The translations under genes were made by a program, and so were the position numbers. Shown here one piece after another: positions 9,795 to 19,570 of a stretch of 64,000 bases of DNA. This DNA comes from an uncultured Acidimicrobiales bacterium (GTDB lineage: Bacteria > Actinomycetota > Acidimicrobiia > Acidimicrobiales > SZUA-35): assembly GCA_937976305.1 (NCBI GenBank), contig CALJSB010000027.1:29368-93367 (forward strand), given 5' to 3'. Each line of letters begins with the position of its first letter. The stretch's first letter is position 1. The notes below the pieces were generated by a model, which did no database searches, was not told the origin of the DNA, and saw only the letters and a program-made list of their open reading frames with translations.

Positions 9795-10489
9795 TGGTCA
9801 ACCGCCCGCTGTCGAACCGCCCCGTCGCGAACCTCAATCTGGCGAGGGAGCTGAGCAGCGAGGTCGGCATCGTGGGTGATGACCACGATCGTCGACCCAT
9901 CGGCGTTGAGCTGTTTGAGTAAATCAACGATGCCGTCGCCGGTTGCCGTATCGAGGTTGCCGGTCGGTTCGTCGGCCAAGATCAGCGACGGTTCAGCCAC
10001 GATGGCCCTGGCGATGGCCACTCGTTGACGCTGACCGCCCGAAAGTTTGGTGGGGCGGGCATGCAGCCGATCACCGAGGCCGACCTTTTCGAGGGCGATC
10101 TGGGCCATCTCCCGTCGCTGACGCCCACTCGTACCTCGATACAGGAGGCCGGCGGCAACGTTGTCGAGAGCGCTCAGCGTTTCGATGAGATGGAAGCTCT
10201 GAAACACGAAGCCCAACCGGGCAGAGCGCAAACCCGACAACCGGCGATCACTCAACTTCGACGTATCCGTGCCCTCGATGAGAAGGCGGCCCTCGGTTGG
10301 CCGATCGAGTGTCCCCATGATGTTGAGCAGCGTCGACTTGCCCGAACCCGATGGCCCGACAACGGCAACCATCTCGCCGGCCTCGATCCGAAGATCGACA
10401 CCCACCAGTGCGTTGACTGGCGGCGAGCCCGGGTAGGTGCGGTGCACGCCCTCGAGCTCGAGAACTGCCGTGTCGCTGGCACGTGTCAT
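9791..10489 (-). CDS. ABC transporter ATP-binding protein (LolD/MacB type)
   Basis: GPSGSGKS, LGFVFQSFHL, LSGGQRQR, ILADEPTGNLD and ITHD. Confidence 0.93.
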   Translation of the reverse strand: MTRASDTAVLELEGVHRTYPGSPPVNALVGVDLRIEAGEMVAVVGPSGSGKSTLLNIMGTLDRPTEGRLLIEGTDTSKLSDRRLSGLRSARLGFVFQSFHLIETLSALDNVAAGLLYRGTSGRQRREMAQIALEKVGLGDRLHARPTKLSGGQRQRVAIARAIVAEPSLILADEPTGNLDTATGDGIVDLLKQLNADGSTIVVITHDADLAAQLPRQIEVRDGAVRQRAVDQ

Positions 10490-11544
10490 AGCGGTATGAC
10501 GACGTTGTCGCCCTCGTCGAGTCCATCAATGATGGCTGTTGTTCCAATCACCGAGACCAGTTCGACCTCGACTCGCTGCACCCCTCCGCCGTTGTCGACT
10601 TCCACCTGCCATCTGCCGTCCGACATCGCAAGGAGTGCGCGAACGGGGACGGTCAGCGCGTCGGTCGCCTGAGTCAGCGATCCGACGACTTCAACCGACT
10701 GACCGAGCTCATCGGGATTCACGCCGTCGACCGAGATCTCGATCAGTTGGCGAACCCCATCGTCGTCGCTCACCCGGGAAGAGCGAGTAACAACACCTGT
10801 CACAGGTGGCTCGGCGCTCACATCGATCGTGGCCCCTTCCGGGAAGAATTCCCGGAGGGTCGTCGATCCGCTCACCGTGAGCACGGTGCCGGTGCCGGTG
10901 ACTTCGATGGGTGTGAACGACTGCCCCACTCGATATTCGGTCTGGAGCAGAACCTCGCTTGTCATGAACACGATCTGTGCCGAATCGACGATGCCTGTTG
11001 CGGGATGGCCGACAGATTTCTGCCAGTCCTTGACCGCTCGCTGTGTCGACAGGCCGAACACCTCATCGAGCGTCATACGGCCCTTGTCGTCGAAGCCCAA
11101 ATCGAGCAAGTACTGCTGGAACTGAGCAACGTCGGCGCCTTTCTGTTGGCCGAGCCGTGTGCCCGCTTCGTCGACCTCCCAGCGACCAACCAACCGAAGC
11201 GGCCGGTAGAGCGGAGACTCACCAAGCACAAAGAACACCGGGCGACCGCCCACCTCAACCAACACGTCGCCGCTCTTCAAGGTGGTCAACGGGGGCGGGG
11301 CCCAGGTGACGAGCCCAACGAGTTCCACCGGCAGCGTGATGCTGGTGCCATAGCCGACAGCAGCCTGGGCTTTCTGCGTCTCGACAACATCTTGGCGGAC
11401 GACGGGAGCGAGCTCGGTGTCGACAGATGTCTCGGCCTCCGGGGCTGCGCTGGCCGGATTGTCGCCGCTCGAGCTACATCCGCCGGCGAGGACGGCGAGT
11501 GCAGATGCCGCAACCGCTGAGCCGATTGTTGACGTGCGGACCAT
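10486..11544 (-). CDS. Adaptor lipoprotein with a peptidoglycan-binding domain (MacA-like)
   Basis: ATG 11544, lipobox LAGGC; GADVAQFQQYLLDLGF...TQRAVKDWQKSVG (PG-binding 1); C-terminal VPVRAL...GLDEGDNVV. Confidence 0.82.
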   Translation of the reverse strand: MVRTSTIGSAVAASALAVLAGGCSSSGDNPASAAPEAETSVDTELAPVVRQDVVETQKAQAAVGYGTSITLPVELVGLVTWAPPPLTTLKSGDVLVEVGGRPVFFVLGESPLYRPLRLVGRWEVDEAGTRLGQQKGADVAQFQQYLLDLGFDDKGRMTLDEVFGLSTQRAVKDWQKSVGHPATGIVDSAQIVFMTSEVLLQTEYRVGQSFTPIEVTGTGTVLTVSGSTTLREFFPEGATIDVSAEPPVTGVVTRSSRVSDDDGVRQLIEISVDGVNPDELGQSVEVVGSLTQATDALTVPVRALLAMSDGRWQVEVDNGGGVQRVEVELVSVIGTTAIIDGLDEGDNVVIPL

Positions 11545-11546
11545 GC

Positions 11547-12074
11547 TCAGTTGTCCTCTCCGTACTTCTCGTACAGGTCCGGAACGACTTCGCGGTAGCA
11601 ATCGTCTTCGTCTTGGAGGTACTGGGCATCGTCGAAGCCCTCCGCCTGATCCGCGCTGTCGAGACTGATGCCGCCGCCGTCCATCGTCACGACGTAGCCC
11701 TTCGCGGTGATGCACTTCTCGAGATCAGCAGAGGCATCGATGAGACGTGCCTCGTCTTCGGGGTCCATCTCGAGGCCAGATGCGGCGGGCTCGAGCAGAC
11801 TCTCGCACTCGCGTTCGATCTCCAAGGCCTCTTCGTCAGACACACCCTCCGGAATACCCACACTGATGTCGAGGCCGCCGTTGTCGAAGTTCACCTCGCC
11901 TTCAAGGCCGGCCTCGGCCATGCAGTCGCGATAGTCCTCGGCGATCCGAGACTTCTCAGCCTCGCTGAGGTCATCGGTCGCAGACGCTCCACCAATGCCC
12001 CCGCAACCGGCCAGGAACACCGCCGCAACAAGTGCCGTTGCGATCCCAATCTGTTGCTCGCTGAATCGACGCAT
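11547..12074 (-). CDS. Acidic lipoprotein, paralog 1
   Basis: Lipobox FLAGC; two internal Cys-containing helical repeats; clearly similar to the upstream gene. Confidence 0.8.
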   Translation of the reverse strand: MRRFSEQQIGIATALVAAVFLAGCGGIGGASATDDLSEAEKSRIAEDYRDCMAEAGLEGEVNFDNGGLDISVGIPEGVSDEEALEIERECESLLEPAASGLEMDPEDEARLIDASADLEKCITAKGYVVTMDGGGISLDSADQAEGFDDAQYLQDEDDCYREVVPDLYEKYGEDN

Positions 12075-12625
12075 CAGTTTCCCTCTCCGTACTTCTCGTA
12101 GAGGTCTGGGACGACTTCGCGGTAGCAGTTGTCCTCTGCCTCAAGGTACGCGGCCTCGTCGAAGCTCTCGTCGAACTCGTCTTGATCGTCGCTGTTGAAC
12201 TCGATGCCGCCCTCGGGGTTGATGGCGACGACATACCCGGCCTCGGCCAGACACTGCTGCACGTCAGCCGAAGCATCGATCAGCCGGGCCTCATCCTCAG
12301 GATCCATCTGTTGTCCGGAGTCGAGATCTTCGAGGATCTTCTCGCACTCGAGCTCGATGGCTGTGATCTCTTCCATGGGCAGGGTCTCACCCTCGGGACC
12401 GATCTCTACGTCGATGCTCACGCCGTTGTTCTCGAAGGTGACGTGGCCGACGAGGCCACCTTCCTCCATGCAGTTGCTGTACTCCTGTGCCAGGCGTGAC
12501 TTGTCCGCTTCACTGAGGTTGGCGGTTGCCGATGCCCCACCGATCGCGTCACAAGCGGCAAGGAGGGTGACGCTCGCCAGTGCCACCGCCACCGTTCCTG
12601 CATTTCTCTTTGTCAGTTGTCTCAT
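12074..12625 (-). CDS. Acidic lipoprotein, paralog 2
   Basis: ATG 12625 with a GGAG RBS; lipobox LLAAC; shares MDPEDEARLIDASAD and CYREVVPDLYEKYGE with the downstream gene. Confidence 0.8.
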   Translation of the reverse strand: MRQLTKRNAGTVAVALASVTLLAACDAIGGASATANLSEADKSRLAQEYSNCMEEGGLVGHVTFENNGVSIDVEIGPEGETLPMEEITAIELECEKILEDLDSGQQMDPEDEARLIDASADVQQCLAEAGYVVAINPEGGIEFNSDDQDEFDESFDEAAYLEAEDNCYREVVPDLYEKYGEGN

Positions 12626-12672
12626 GTTTGCTCCATGTACGTTCGAGGTCGTTGTTCCATGTGGGCACCACC

Positions 12673-12749
12673 CTGAGCGCAAGGCCTGAGAAGGTTCTGA
12701 GAAGTCCTGAGAGCCGCTTATGCGTTCTCAGTTTTTCCTCAGAACCCAG
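12673..12749. promoter_or_regulatory. Array of CTGAG/CTCAG boxes at 10-13 bp spacing, candidate OmpR-family binding sites
   Basis: CTGAG at 12673, 12686, 12697 and 12707; inverted CTCAG at 12727 and 12738; lies between the divergent exporter and two-component operons. Confidence 0.6.
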
Positions 12750-12764
12750 TGAGAGACTGTGCTC

Positions 12765-13439
12765 ATGCGACTCCTGGTGGTCGAAGATGAACGAAACGTG
12801 GCCACTGCGTTGCAGAGCGGGCTGACTGCTGAGGGCTTCAGTGTCGACGTCGCCGACGACGGTGATACCGGCTTCTGGATGGCCAAAGAGCACGAGTACG
12901 GCCTGATCATCCTCGACGTGATGCTGCCGGGCCGGAACGGCTACCAGGTGTGTCGCGATTTACGGGCCGACGAAATCACCACACCGATTCTGATGTTGAC
13001 CGCCAAAGACGGTGAGTACGACCAAGCCGAGGGTCTCGACACCGGCGCAGACGACTATCTGGTGAAGCCGTTCTCGTTTGTGGTGCTGTTGGCGCATGTT
13101 CGAGCGCTGCTCAGACGCGCAGGCGGCCCCAACGATGAGCAAGCGGCGCTGATCGCTGGGGATCTGGAACTGAATCACTCCACCCGACAATGCAAAAGAG
13201 GTGACACAGCTGCCGAGCTCACCAAGCGCGAGTTCGACCTACTCGAAGTGCTTGCCTCCCACCCCGGTCAAGTGTTCAGCAAGGACCATCTGCTGTCACA
13301 GGTGTGGGGACCGACCTTTGACGGCGGCACCAACGTCGTGGAGGTCTACATCGGGTACCTCCGACGTAAGATCGACCGCGGCTCCCTTCCGGCTCGTATC
13401 GAGACCGTGCACGGCCACGGATATCGGCTGGCACCGTGA
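12765..13439 (+). CDS. OmpR/PhoB family response regulator
   Basis: MRLLVVEDE, ILDVMLP, MLTAK, GADDYLVKPF, VVEVYIGYLRRK and IETVHGHGY. Confidence 0.95.
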   Translation: MRLLVVEDERNVATALQSGLTAEGFSVDVADDGDTGFWMAKEHEYGLIILDVMLPGRNGYQVCRDLRADEITTPILMLTAKDGEYDQAEGLDTGADDYLVKPFSFVVLLAHVRALLRRAGGPNDEQAALIAGDLELNHSTRQCKRGDTAAELTKREFDLLEVLASHPGQVFSKDHLLSQVWGPTFDGGTNVVEVYIGYLRRKIDRGSLPARIETVHGHGYRLAP

Positions 13440-14905
13440 AGTCGATTCCACTCCGAGTTCGGATCACGCTGCTCGTGCTGGCCACGTCGGCGCTGACGAT
13501 TGCGGTCATCGTCTTGTTCGGTGCAGTGTCGTCAATCGATGAGGACGTAGCCGTTGAATCGTTCGAATCGACCTCGGAGGCGATGGTTCAAACCGACGAA
13601 CGCTTGCACACCTACAGCGAGCGCCTGCAGGCGAGGATCCGGGGGTGGTTCGAAGACGAGGGCGGCCAGCCGTTCCAGGACTGGAACGAAGAAGACGGGA
13701 TTGGAAATCTGCAGGTTCTCGACGTCGGCGGACGCGAGATTGAACTGATCAGCGATGGCCAAGTGCAGATCGTCGGCACCGTCCGCTGTCGCGCAACCGC
13801 CGACTTCCTCAATTGCCAAGAGGAAGACGACGGATCGGGTCCCGTGCGCTGGGCGATCAACGAGGTAGAACGCCGAGCAGAAACCGTTTCACTCGATGTA
13901 CCGGTGGTTGTCCACGGAATCGTGATCAGAGATTCAGCCGGCGACAACCTCCTGGTGCGATTCGAGGCCGACGTGTTTGCCGCGGACGAGGAGATCTCGA
14001 GTGGGATCGAAGACCTTGCCTTGATCGTGCTTCCCTTGCTTCTCGTCATCATCGGCGCCATCACATGGTTTTCCCTGGGCCGAGCGCTCAGCCCTGTTCA
14101 GGGCATGATCGATCAGGTCGACGAGATCGGTGTCGACAGTCTCGACCATCGAGTCCCCGTTCCCGAAGCAGACGACGAACTCAAACACTTGGCAACCACG
14201 ATGAATCAAATGCTCGATCGCCTGCAGGGAGCCAACGAGCGACAGCGTCAGTTCATCTCCGATGCCTCACACGAACTGCGCAGCCCCATCACGGCAACCG
14301 GGGCAACGCTCGAGGTGGCTCGGTCGAACCCGGACGAGGCCGATTGGGAACACGTCGCTGCAGTTGTCGACGAGGAAAACACTCGTCTCGCAAGCCTTGT
14401 TGATGATCTGCTTCTCCTGGCCCGAATGGACGAGAGCGCCGGCTCGAACCCAAGCAGCGGCGATTGGCAGGTCGACCTCGAAGAGATCTGCTTGGCAGAG
14501 GCAGATCGGCCTCACCCGGTCGACGTCAACGTGAAGGTCATCGAACCCGTGCGAGTGGCCGGCAATGTGTCGACGCTGACTCGTGCGATCCGCAATCTGG
14601 TCGACAACGCTGCCGCCCACGCCGCCACCGGAGTCCGCATCGAAGTTGGCCATCGTGGGCCTGAAGCGATTGTGCGCGTGCACGACGACGGACCTGGCGT
14701 GCCGCCTGAGTACGCAGACAAGATCTTCGAACGCTTTGTTCGGGCCGACGAGTCTCGCGTTCGCAACGGCACGGGCGGTGCTGGGCTCGGGCTCGCCATT
14801 GCCCGTCGGGTGGCCCACAATCACGGCGGTCGGCTCGATCTCGTGCCGGCGATTGAGGGAAGCGGCGCGACGTTCGAACTCGGCCTCCCTCGTGCGACCT
14901 TGTGA
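13436..14905 (+). CDS. HAMP-domain sensor histidine kinase
   Basis: Two TM segments, HAMP domain, FISDASHELRSP (H box), NLVDNA, DDGPG and GAGLGLAI. Confidence 0.94.
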   Translation: MKSIPLRVRITLLVLATSALTIAVIVLFGAVSSIDEDVAVESFESTSEAMVQTDERLHTYSERLQARIRGWFEDEGGQPFQDWNEEDGIGNLQVLDVGGREIELISDGQVQIVGTVRCRATADFLNCQEEDDGSGPVRWAINEVERRAETVSLDVPVVVHGIVIRDSAGDNLLVRFEADVFAADEEISSGIEDLALIVLPLLLVIIGAITWFSLGRALSPVQGMIDQVDEIGVDSLDHRVPVPEADDELKHLATTMNQMLDRLQGANERQRQFISDASHELRSPITATGATLEVARSNPDEADWEHVAAVVDEENTRLASLVDDLLLLARMDESAGSNPSSGDWQVDLEEICLAEADRPHPVDVNVKVIEPVRVAGNVSTLTRAIRNLVDNAAAHAATGVRIEVGHRGPEAIVRVHDDGPGVPPEYADKIFERFVRADESRVRNGTGGAGLGLAIARRVAHNHGGRLDLVPAIEGSGATFELGLPRATL

Positions 14906-14993
14906 GAATCGACTCCTCGACAGGCACGGACACATCGTGGAAGATCGTGACCACGGGACTGGCGAGGTTCCGGCGCAAACAAGGTGGGGAATC

Positions 14994-15944
14994 ATGCGGG
15001 TACTACGAAATATCGTTCTTTTGGCGGTCTTTGCGATGCTGGCCGTTGGCACGACGCCAGTGGCGGCCCAAACATCAGAAGCACGGCCGCAAGAACAGCG
15101 ATCAGGCGATCACATCGGCACGGTCGACGGGCTTCGGGTCGCCCGGACAGAAGGCAGCCTCGCCGTCATCAACTGGAATCGTGTTGCCGGCGCCGAGTCC
15201 TACAACGTGTATGTCGACGACAATCCAGCCATCTCAGATACGGACGGCTGGTTGACCATCAGGGACCTGGACTTCCTCACCTCATACAGCGTGACGGTGA
15301 CGGCCGTCGTTGCCGGCGTTGAGGGACCACGCTCGGCCCCGGTCACGTTTGAGACAAGAGACGTCACCTTGCGCGACCCGGGCTTGATCGTCGACTTTGG
15401 CATTTTCAAGCTCTCTTCCACCCGTGTGCCCTTCGCTTGGAGGGACGCGCCGGGAACAACCATCGAGCTCTTCCGCGACGGCGTGCAGATCCCAGCAAGC
15501 GAACTCGGCGACTTCTTTGAACGGCCGATCGACACCAACGTGGTTCCAGGTGAGACCTACGTCTACACGGCCCGGCTCAGCAGCAACGCCACCGGGGCCA
15601 AAGGCCCGTTTGGTCCTGAGCTCACCGTGACCGTTCCGCTCGGCGCCTCCGGCCCGCCGACGCTTGTTTCGAGCTACGCCGACACCAGCGTCACTGTGCT
15701 GCGTCTCGGCGGCCTGGCTGCGGAGCGGGGCAATAGCTTCGAGGTCGAACGCAATGGCGAGTCGATCGGCGTCTTTGCTCGTCGTCTCGCGGGAGCCAAC
15801 GAGTGGTTCGTTGACGATCGCGGGCGCCCAGACGGTGCGAGCACCTACCGAGTGCGCATCATCGGTGCGGGTGGCGAAGCTGGCCCATGGTCAAACGTTG
15901 CGGAGACGGCGCCACTCACGACTCCTCCAATCGTCGGCACCTGA
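14994..15944 (+). CDS. Secreted protein with fibronectin type III-like repeats
   Basis: Signal peptide MRVLRNIVLLAVFAMLAVG...AA; three beta-rich units with W...Y...Y.V and GPxS/GPW endings. Confidence 0.75.
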   Translation: MRVLRNIVLLAVFAMLAVGTTPVAAQTSEARPQEQRSGDHIGTVDGLRVARTEGSLAVINWNRVAGAESYNVYVDDNPAISDTDGWLTIRDLDFLTSYSVTVTAVVAGVEGPRSAPVTFETRDVTLRDPGLIVDFGIFKLSSTRVPFAWRDAPGTTIELFRDGVQIPASELGDFFERPIDTNVVPGETYVYTARLSSNATGAKGPFGPELTVTVPLGASGPPTLVSSYADTSVTVLRLGGLAAERGNSFEVERNGESIGVFARRLAGANEWFVDDRGRPDGASTYRVRIIGAGGEAGPWSNVAETAPLTTPPIVGT

Positions 15945-16065
15945 CGCCCACACAGCTCCCGCTGAGCGGGAACCTCTCCCCTTGGCCGACGGCTCGGTGC
16001 CAGGCTGAAATCAGTCACCGCCTACTGTGGAGCGGGACGTCGCGAGGTTGAGGAGCTGCACCAGC

Positions 16066-17049
16066 ATGTATCGCATTGACTGTTTGCAATTTGCGAACTG
16101 GTCAGAGTCGATCTTCCGCGAGATGAACGACGGCGGTGTGCACGCCGTCCACGTCACGATCGTGTACCACGAGACCTTTCGCGAAACCGTCGCCGAGATG
16201 TCGAAATGGAACCGCTGGTTCCAAGCTCATGGCGACCTGATCATTCACGGCAAGACAGCCGCCGACGTCGATCGAGCCAAAGAGAGCGGCCGCACGGCGA
16301 TCTTCTTCGGGTTTCAGAACCCATCCCCCATCGAGGCCGACATCGACCTGGTCGAGATCCTCCACGCGCTGGGCGCTCGCTTCATGCAGCTCAGCTACAA
16401 CAACCAGTCGCTGCTGGCGACCGGCTGCTACGAAGATGACGATCCCGGCATCACCCGCATGGGTAAAGAGGTGATCAAGGAGATGAACCGGGTTGGCCTT
16501 GTCATCGACATGAGCCACTCAGCTGATCGCTCGACGATCGAGGCCGCCGAGCTTTCCGAACGGCCGATCACGATCACTCACGCCAACCCCCACGCCTGGC
16601 ACCCAGCGCTTCGCAACAAGCGCCACGAGGTGATCAAAGCGGTGACAGACAACGGCGGGATGATGGGTTTCTCGCTCTACCCGCACCACTTGGCCGACAA
16701 GACCGACTGCACCCTCGAGAGCTTCTGCCACATGGCCTTTGATGCCGCCGAAACCTACGGCGTCGAGCACTTCGGCATCGGCAGCGACCTCTGCCAAGAC
16801 CAGCCAGACAGCATTGTCGAATACATGCGGGTAGGGCGCTGGACCAAAGGCATCGACTACGGAGAAGGTTCGGCTGCGGCCCCGGGCTTCCCGCCGCAAC
16901 CCGATTGGTTTGGCTCCAACCTCGACTTCGGCAACATCGAGGCGGGGTTGAAGGCCGTCGGCTTCGATGACGCTGGCGTTGCCGCAGTAATGGGCGACAA
17001 CTGGTATCGGTTCTTCGCCGAGAACTTCGGCCGACAGGAGTCGGCATGA
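16066..17049 (+). CDS. Membrane dipeptidase (M19, amidohydrolase fold) family protein
   Basis: RBS GAGGAG before ATG 16066; FGFQN, MQLSYN, IDMSH, ITHAN...RNK and GIGSD; N-terminal IDCLQ replaces the canonical HxD. Confidence 0.85.
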   Translation: MYRIDCLQFANWSESIFREMNDGGVHAVHVTIVYHETFRETVAEMSKWNRWFQAHGDLIIHGKTAADVDRAKESGRTAIFFGFQNPSPIEADIDLVEILHALGARFMQLSYNNQSLLATGCYEDDDPGITRMGKEVIKEMNRVGLVIDMSHSADRSTIEAAELSERPITITHANPHAWHPALRNKRHEVIKAVTDNGGMMGFSLYPHHLADKTDCTLESFCHMAFDAAETYGVEHFGIGSDLCQDQPDSIVEYMRVGRWTKGIDYGEGSAAAPGFPPQPDWFGSNLDFGNIEAGLKAVGFDDAGVAAVMGDNWYRFFAENFGRQESA

Positions 17050-18761
17050 GTGCAGCTGGCATGAGTGGGTCCGGCGCGGCGCGGCGCTCGCCCGAACTGG
17101 TGATGCGGCTCGAGCGGATGGGCTCGTTCCATCAGTGCCGGTTGTCGTTCATGCGCACGCTGCTGCGTCGGATGAAGCGCGAGGGCTGGTCCTTTGGCCG
17201 CCCCCGGTTCGAGATCGACGCAAAGGGAGTTGGCACGGCTCTCTACACCGCCACAACCTCCGGCGCGGACGGTGAGCCGCCTCGCACCTACACCCTTGTC
17301 GCTTTCGCCCACGACCTGCCGGCCGATCAGCGGTCTGACCGAGTGATCGCCACCGCGTGGGATGCCACCTTCGCATTACACGATGGGGTCCCGACCGACG
17401 CAGACATCGAGCGCTTGCGGGCCAACGTGCCGCTCCAAGAAAGCGGACGGGTCTCGGCCTCAGAGCTCACTCTTTCGCGGGCCAACCGGTCGGTGCGGTT
17501 GTTCTCGAGCGTGGTCGATTCGTTGGCCGCCGGACGCCAGCCCAAGGTCGAAGACGTCGAGTCGATTGGGTACGCGATGCGCACCACAGCGGTGTACGGA
17601 AGCGGCAAGTTCGGCGCCGCCGATCGCCAAGCGATCGAGGACCGCCCCGAACTGGTCGCCCCCTTCCAAGCCGAGATGCTCACCGTCTACCTGATCCGCA
17701 CCTTCGTGATGGACTTGGTCGAGCACATGGCCAGGATGGCGTCGCCCGACGCCGCGGTGATCGAACCATCACTCCGTCGCCGCTTTGGCGTCGGCAACTC
17801 GACGGGTCTCGGCATGGCCCCGTTCCTGCTCACCCACCCCCGCCTGATCAACAACTGGATCGAAGCCCGCGAAGAAGCACTGGCTCGGGTCCGAGCGCTG
17901 CCATCAGCGAGCGAGGCCGAGATCTCCATGTTCCTCGCGTCGATCGAAGCATCTCGACGAACGGTCGACAGCTGGCACTCAGAACACCCGATTCAGCAAG
18001 CCAAACTGACAGAGCTGCGAGCCGACCTCGACATGATCGACCAGCGCCTTGCTGAGGTTTCCTTGAACGCAGCCGACCCCTGGGACGAGCTGATTGCGTG
18101 GGCGCACGACGAACTGTCCGTCGAAGGCCAGGAGCTCCTCGTTTCGTTGGTGCTCGAACCGTACGGCCCCCTCGTCGACGAACTGACCGACACCATGCAT
18201 GCCGACGAAGCATCCCCGGTGCCGATTGACGGCTCTCGTCCGGTTGCGGACGTGAAAGCCATGGTCGATCAGGTCTACGGCTGGGCGCTTGCGATCGACT
18301 GGCAGTCCGCAGAAACCGATGCTCGGGCCTGGTACGTCTCTGAAGAGAAGCTCGAGCCCAGGTTGGGCGAGCGCCACGACGAGCCGATTGGCGACTACGA
18401 ACAACCGCTTCAGCCCGGGCGCGACGCCGCTCGGATGTACGCCGATCTCGACACGTGGGACGCTGAGGCAACGCTCGGCGACTTCCTCCGACGTCACCCC
18501 GAGCATCGCCACATCGCTCGCCGGCTTGAAGTGGTCGTCGATGCTCCCTACGCAGAGATTCGCGACAACACCATTGCTGCAGACATGCTGCCCATCGACC
18601 TGCTCCGGTCGAAGCTGTCGTTCTTCGGAGCCACGCACTTCGACCCGCGATCTGATCGCTGGGTGCGCATCAACATGTTCCGCGGTGCGCCCTTCCCGCA
18701 CGAGTTAGTCGACGCTGATCCAGACGCGTGGGTCTATCCCGAACCTCTCGCCACTACATGA
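17046..18761 (+). CDS. Conserved hypothetical protein (571 aa) in the dipeptidase/DUF3726 operon
   Basis: Long ORF with ATGA overlaps on both sides; conserved-looking blocks RSDRVIATAWD, MRTTAVYGSGKFG, GVGNSTGLGMAPFL and WYVSEEKLEPRLGER. Confidence 0.82.
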   Translation: MSAAGMSGSGAARRSPELVMRLERMGSFHQCRLSFMRTLLRRMKREGWSFGRPRFEIDAKGVGTALYTATTSGADGEPPRTYTLVAFAHDLPADQRSDRVIATAWDATFALHDGVPTDADIERLRANVPLQESGRVSASELTLSRANRSVRLFSSVVDSLAAGRQPKVEDVESIGYAMRTTAVYGSGKFGAADRQAIEDRPELVAPFQAEMLTVYLIRTFVMDLVEHMARMASPDAAVIEPSLRRRFGVGNSTGLGMAPFLLTHPRLINNWIEAREEALARVRALPSASEAEISMFLASIEASRRTVDSWHSEHPIQQAKLTELRADLDMIDQRLAEVSLNAADPWDELIAWAHDELSVEGQELLVSLVLEPYGPLVDELTDTMHADEASPVPIDGSRPVADVKAMVDQVYGWALAIDWQSAETDARAWYVSEEKLEPRLGERHDEPIGDYEQPLQPGRDAARMYADLDTWDAEATLGDFLRRHPEHRHIARRLEVVVDAPYAEIRDNTIAADMLPIDLLRSKLSFFGATHFDPRSDRWVRINMFRGAPFPHELVDADPDAWVYPEPLATT

Positions 18762-19408
18762 CCGACACCCAACTCGATCTGTCCCTCGGCGAGTTCCGTG
18801 CACTGGTGGCGAAGGCAGGGCGAGGTGTTGGCTTCACCTGGGGTCTCGCTGACGACCTCGCCTACTCAGCCAAGCGTCTCGCCGAGTTCGGCGCGCCGTC
18901 CAGCACGATGGTGATACGGCTGCTGCATCGCATCGACGGAGTCAGCCTCAGCCGGCTGATGCCCGACGACACATGGCAACCCGACGGCGACGCGCTTTGC
19001 CCCATCTGCACCGGAACCTCGCTCGCCGACAGCTATGCGAACGACGTGGAGACCGTGTCCGTTGACATCGGGCCGGTCATCGAGCCCGCGCTCCTCGTGC
19101 CGCTCGCGGCCACGGTTCTCCCATCGACTGAGTTCGTCTGCTCGGTGTCTTGGGACGGCGGTAGCTACACGTTGAGCGCTGTCGGCCATGAGCAGGTGGG
19201 TGCACTGCCGACGATGCCAGTCCCGGTCACGGTCCGCTGGGGACCGCAGCGCTCCGAAGCGCTCGGGCATGGCGAGGCAACGCCTGCTCTTCGCAACCAC
19301 CGCGTTCGATTGGACGTCAGCGTGTACGAAGATCTCGACCGGCTGGCACAACGCACCTACGCGCCAGCGACCGATGCGAGCCGCGATGCAGGCGCAGGTC
19401 CCGCCTAG
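18758..19408 (+). CDS. DUF3726-like protein
   Basis: SLGEFRALVAKAGRGVGFTWGLA, LCPICTG and C-terminal RTYAPATDASRDAGAG resemble DUF3726 as I recall it. Confidence 0.7.
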   Translation: MTDTQLDLSLGEFRALVAKAGRGVGFTWGLADDLAYSAKRLAEFGAPSSTMVIRLLHRIDGVSLSRLMPDDTWQPDGDALCPICTGTSLADSYANDVETVSVDIGPVIEPALLVPLAATVLPSTEFVCSVSWDGGSYTLSAVGHEQVGALPTMPVPVTVRWGPQRSEALGHGEATPALRNHRVRLDVSVYEDLDRLAQRTYAPATDASRDAGAGPA

Positions 19409-19570
19409 CACTGAGCGACAGAGAAGCTGAGCGGTAGCGAAGCCGAGCGTTAGGGCATCAGCGGGCTCAGCCAGGGCAGCCCGACGAATCTCGGCGACCC
19501 CCGATACGACCCCGACAACACCCGGGGTCCCCCCGATTGGGGATCGGCGAGCCTGCCTGAAACTCAGTAC

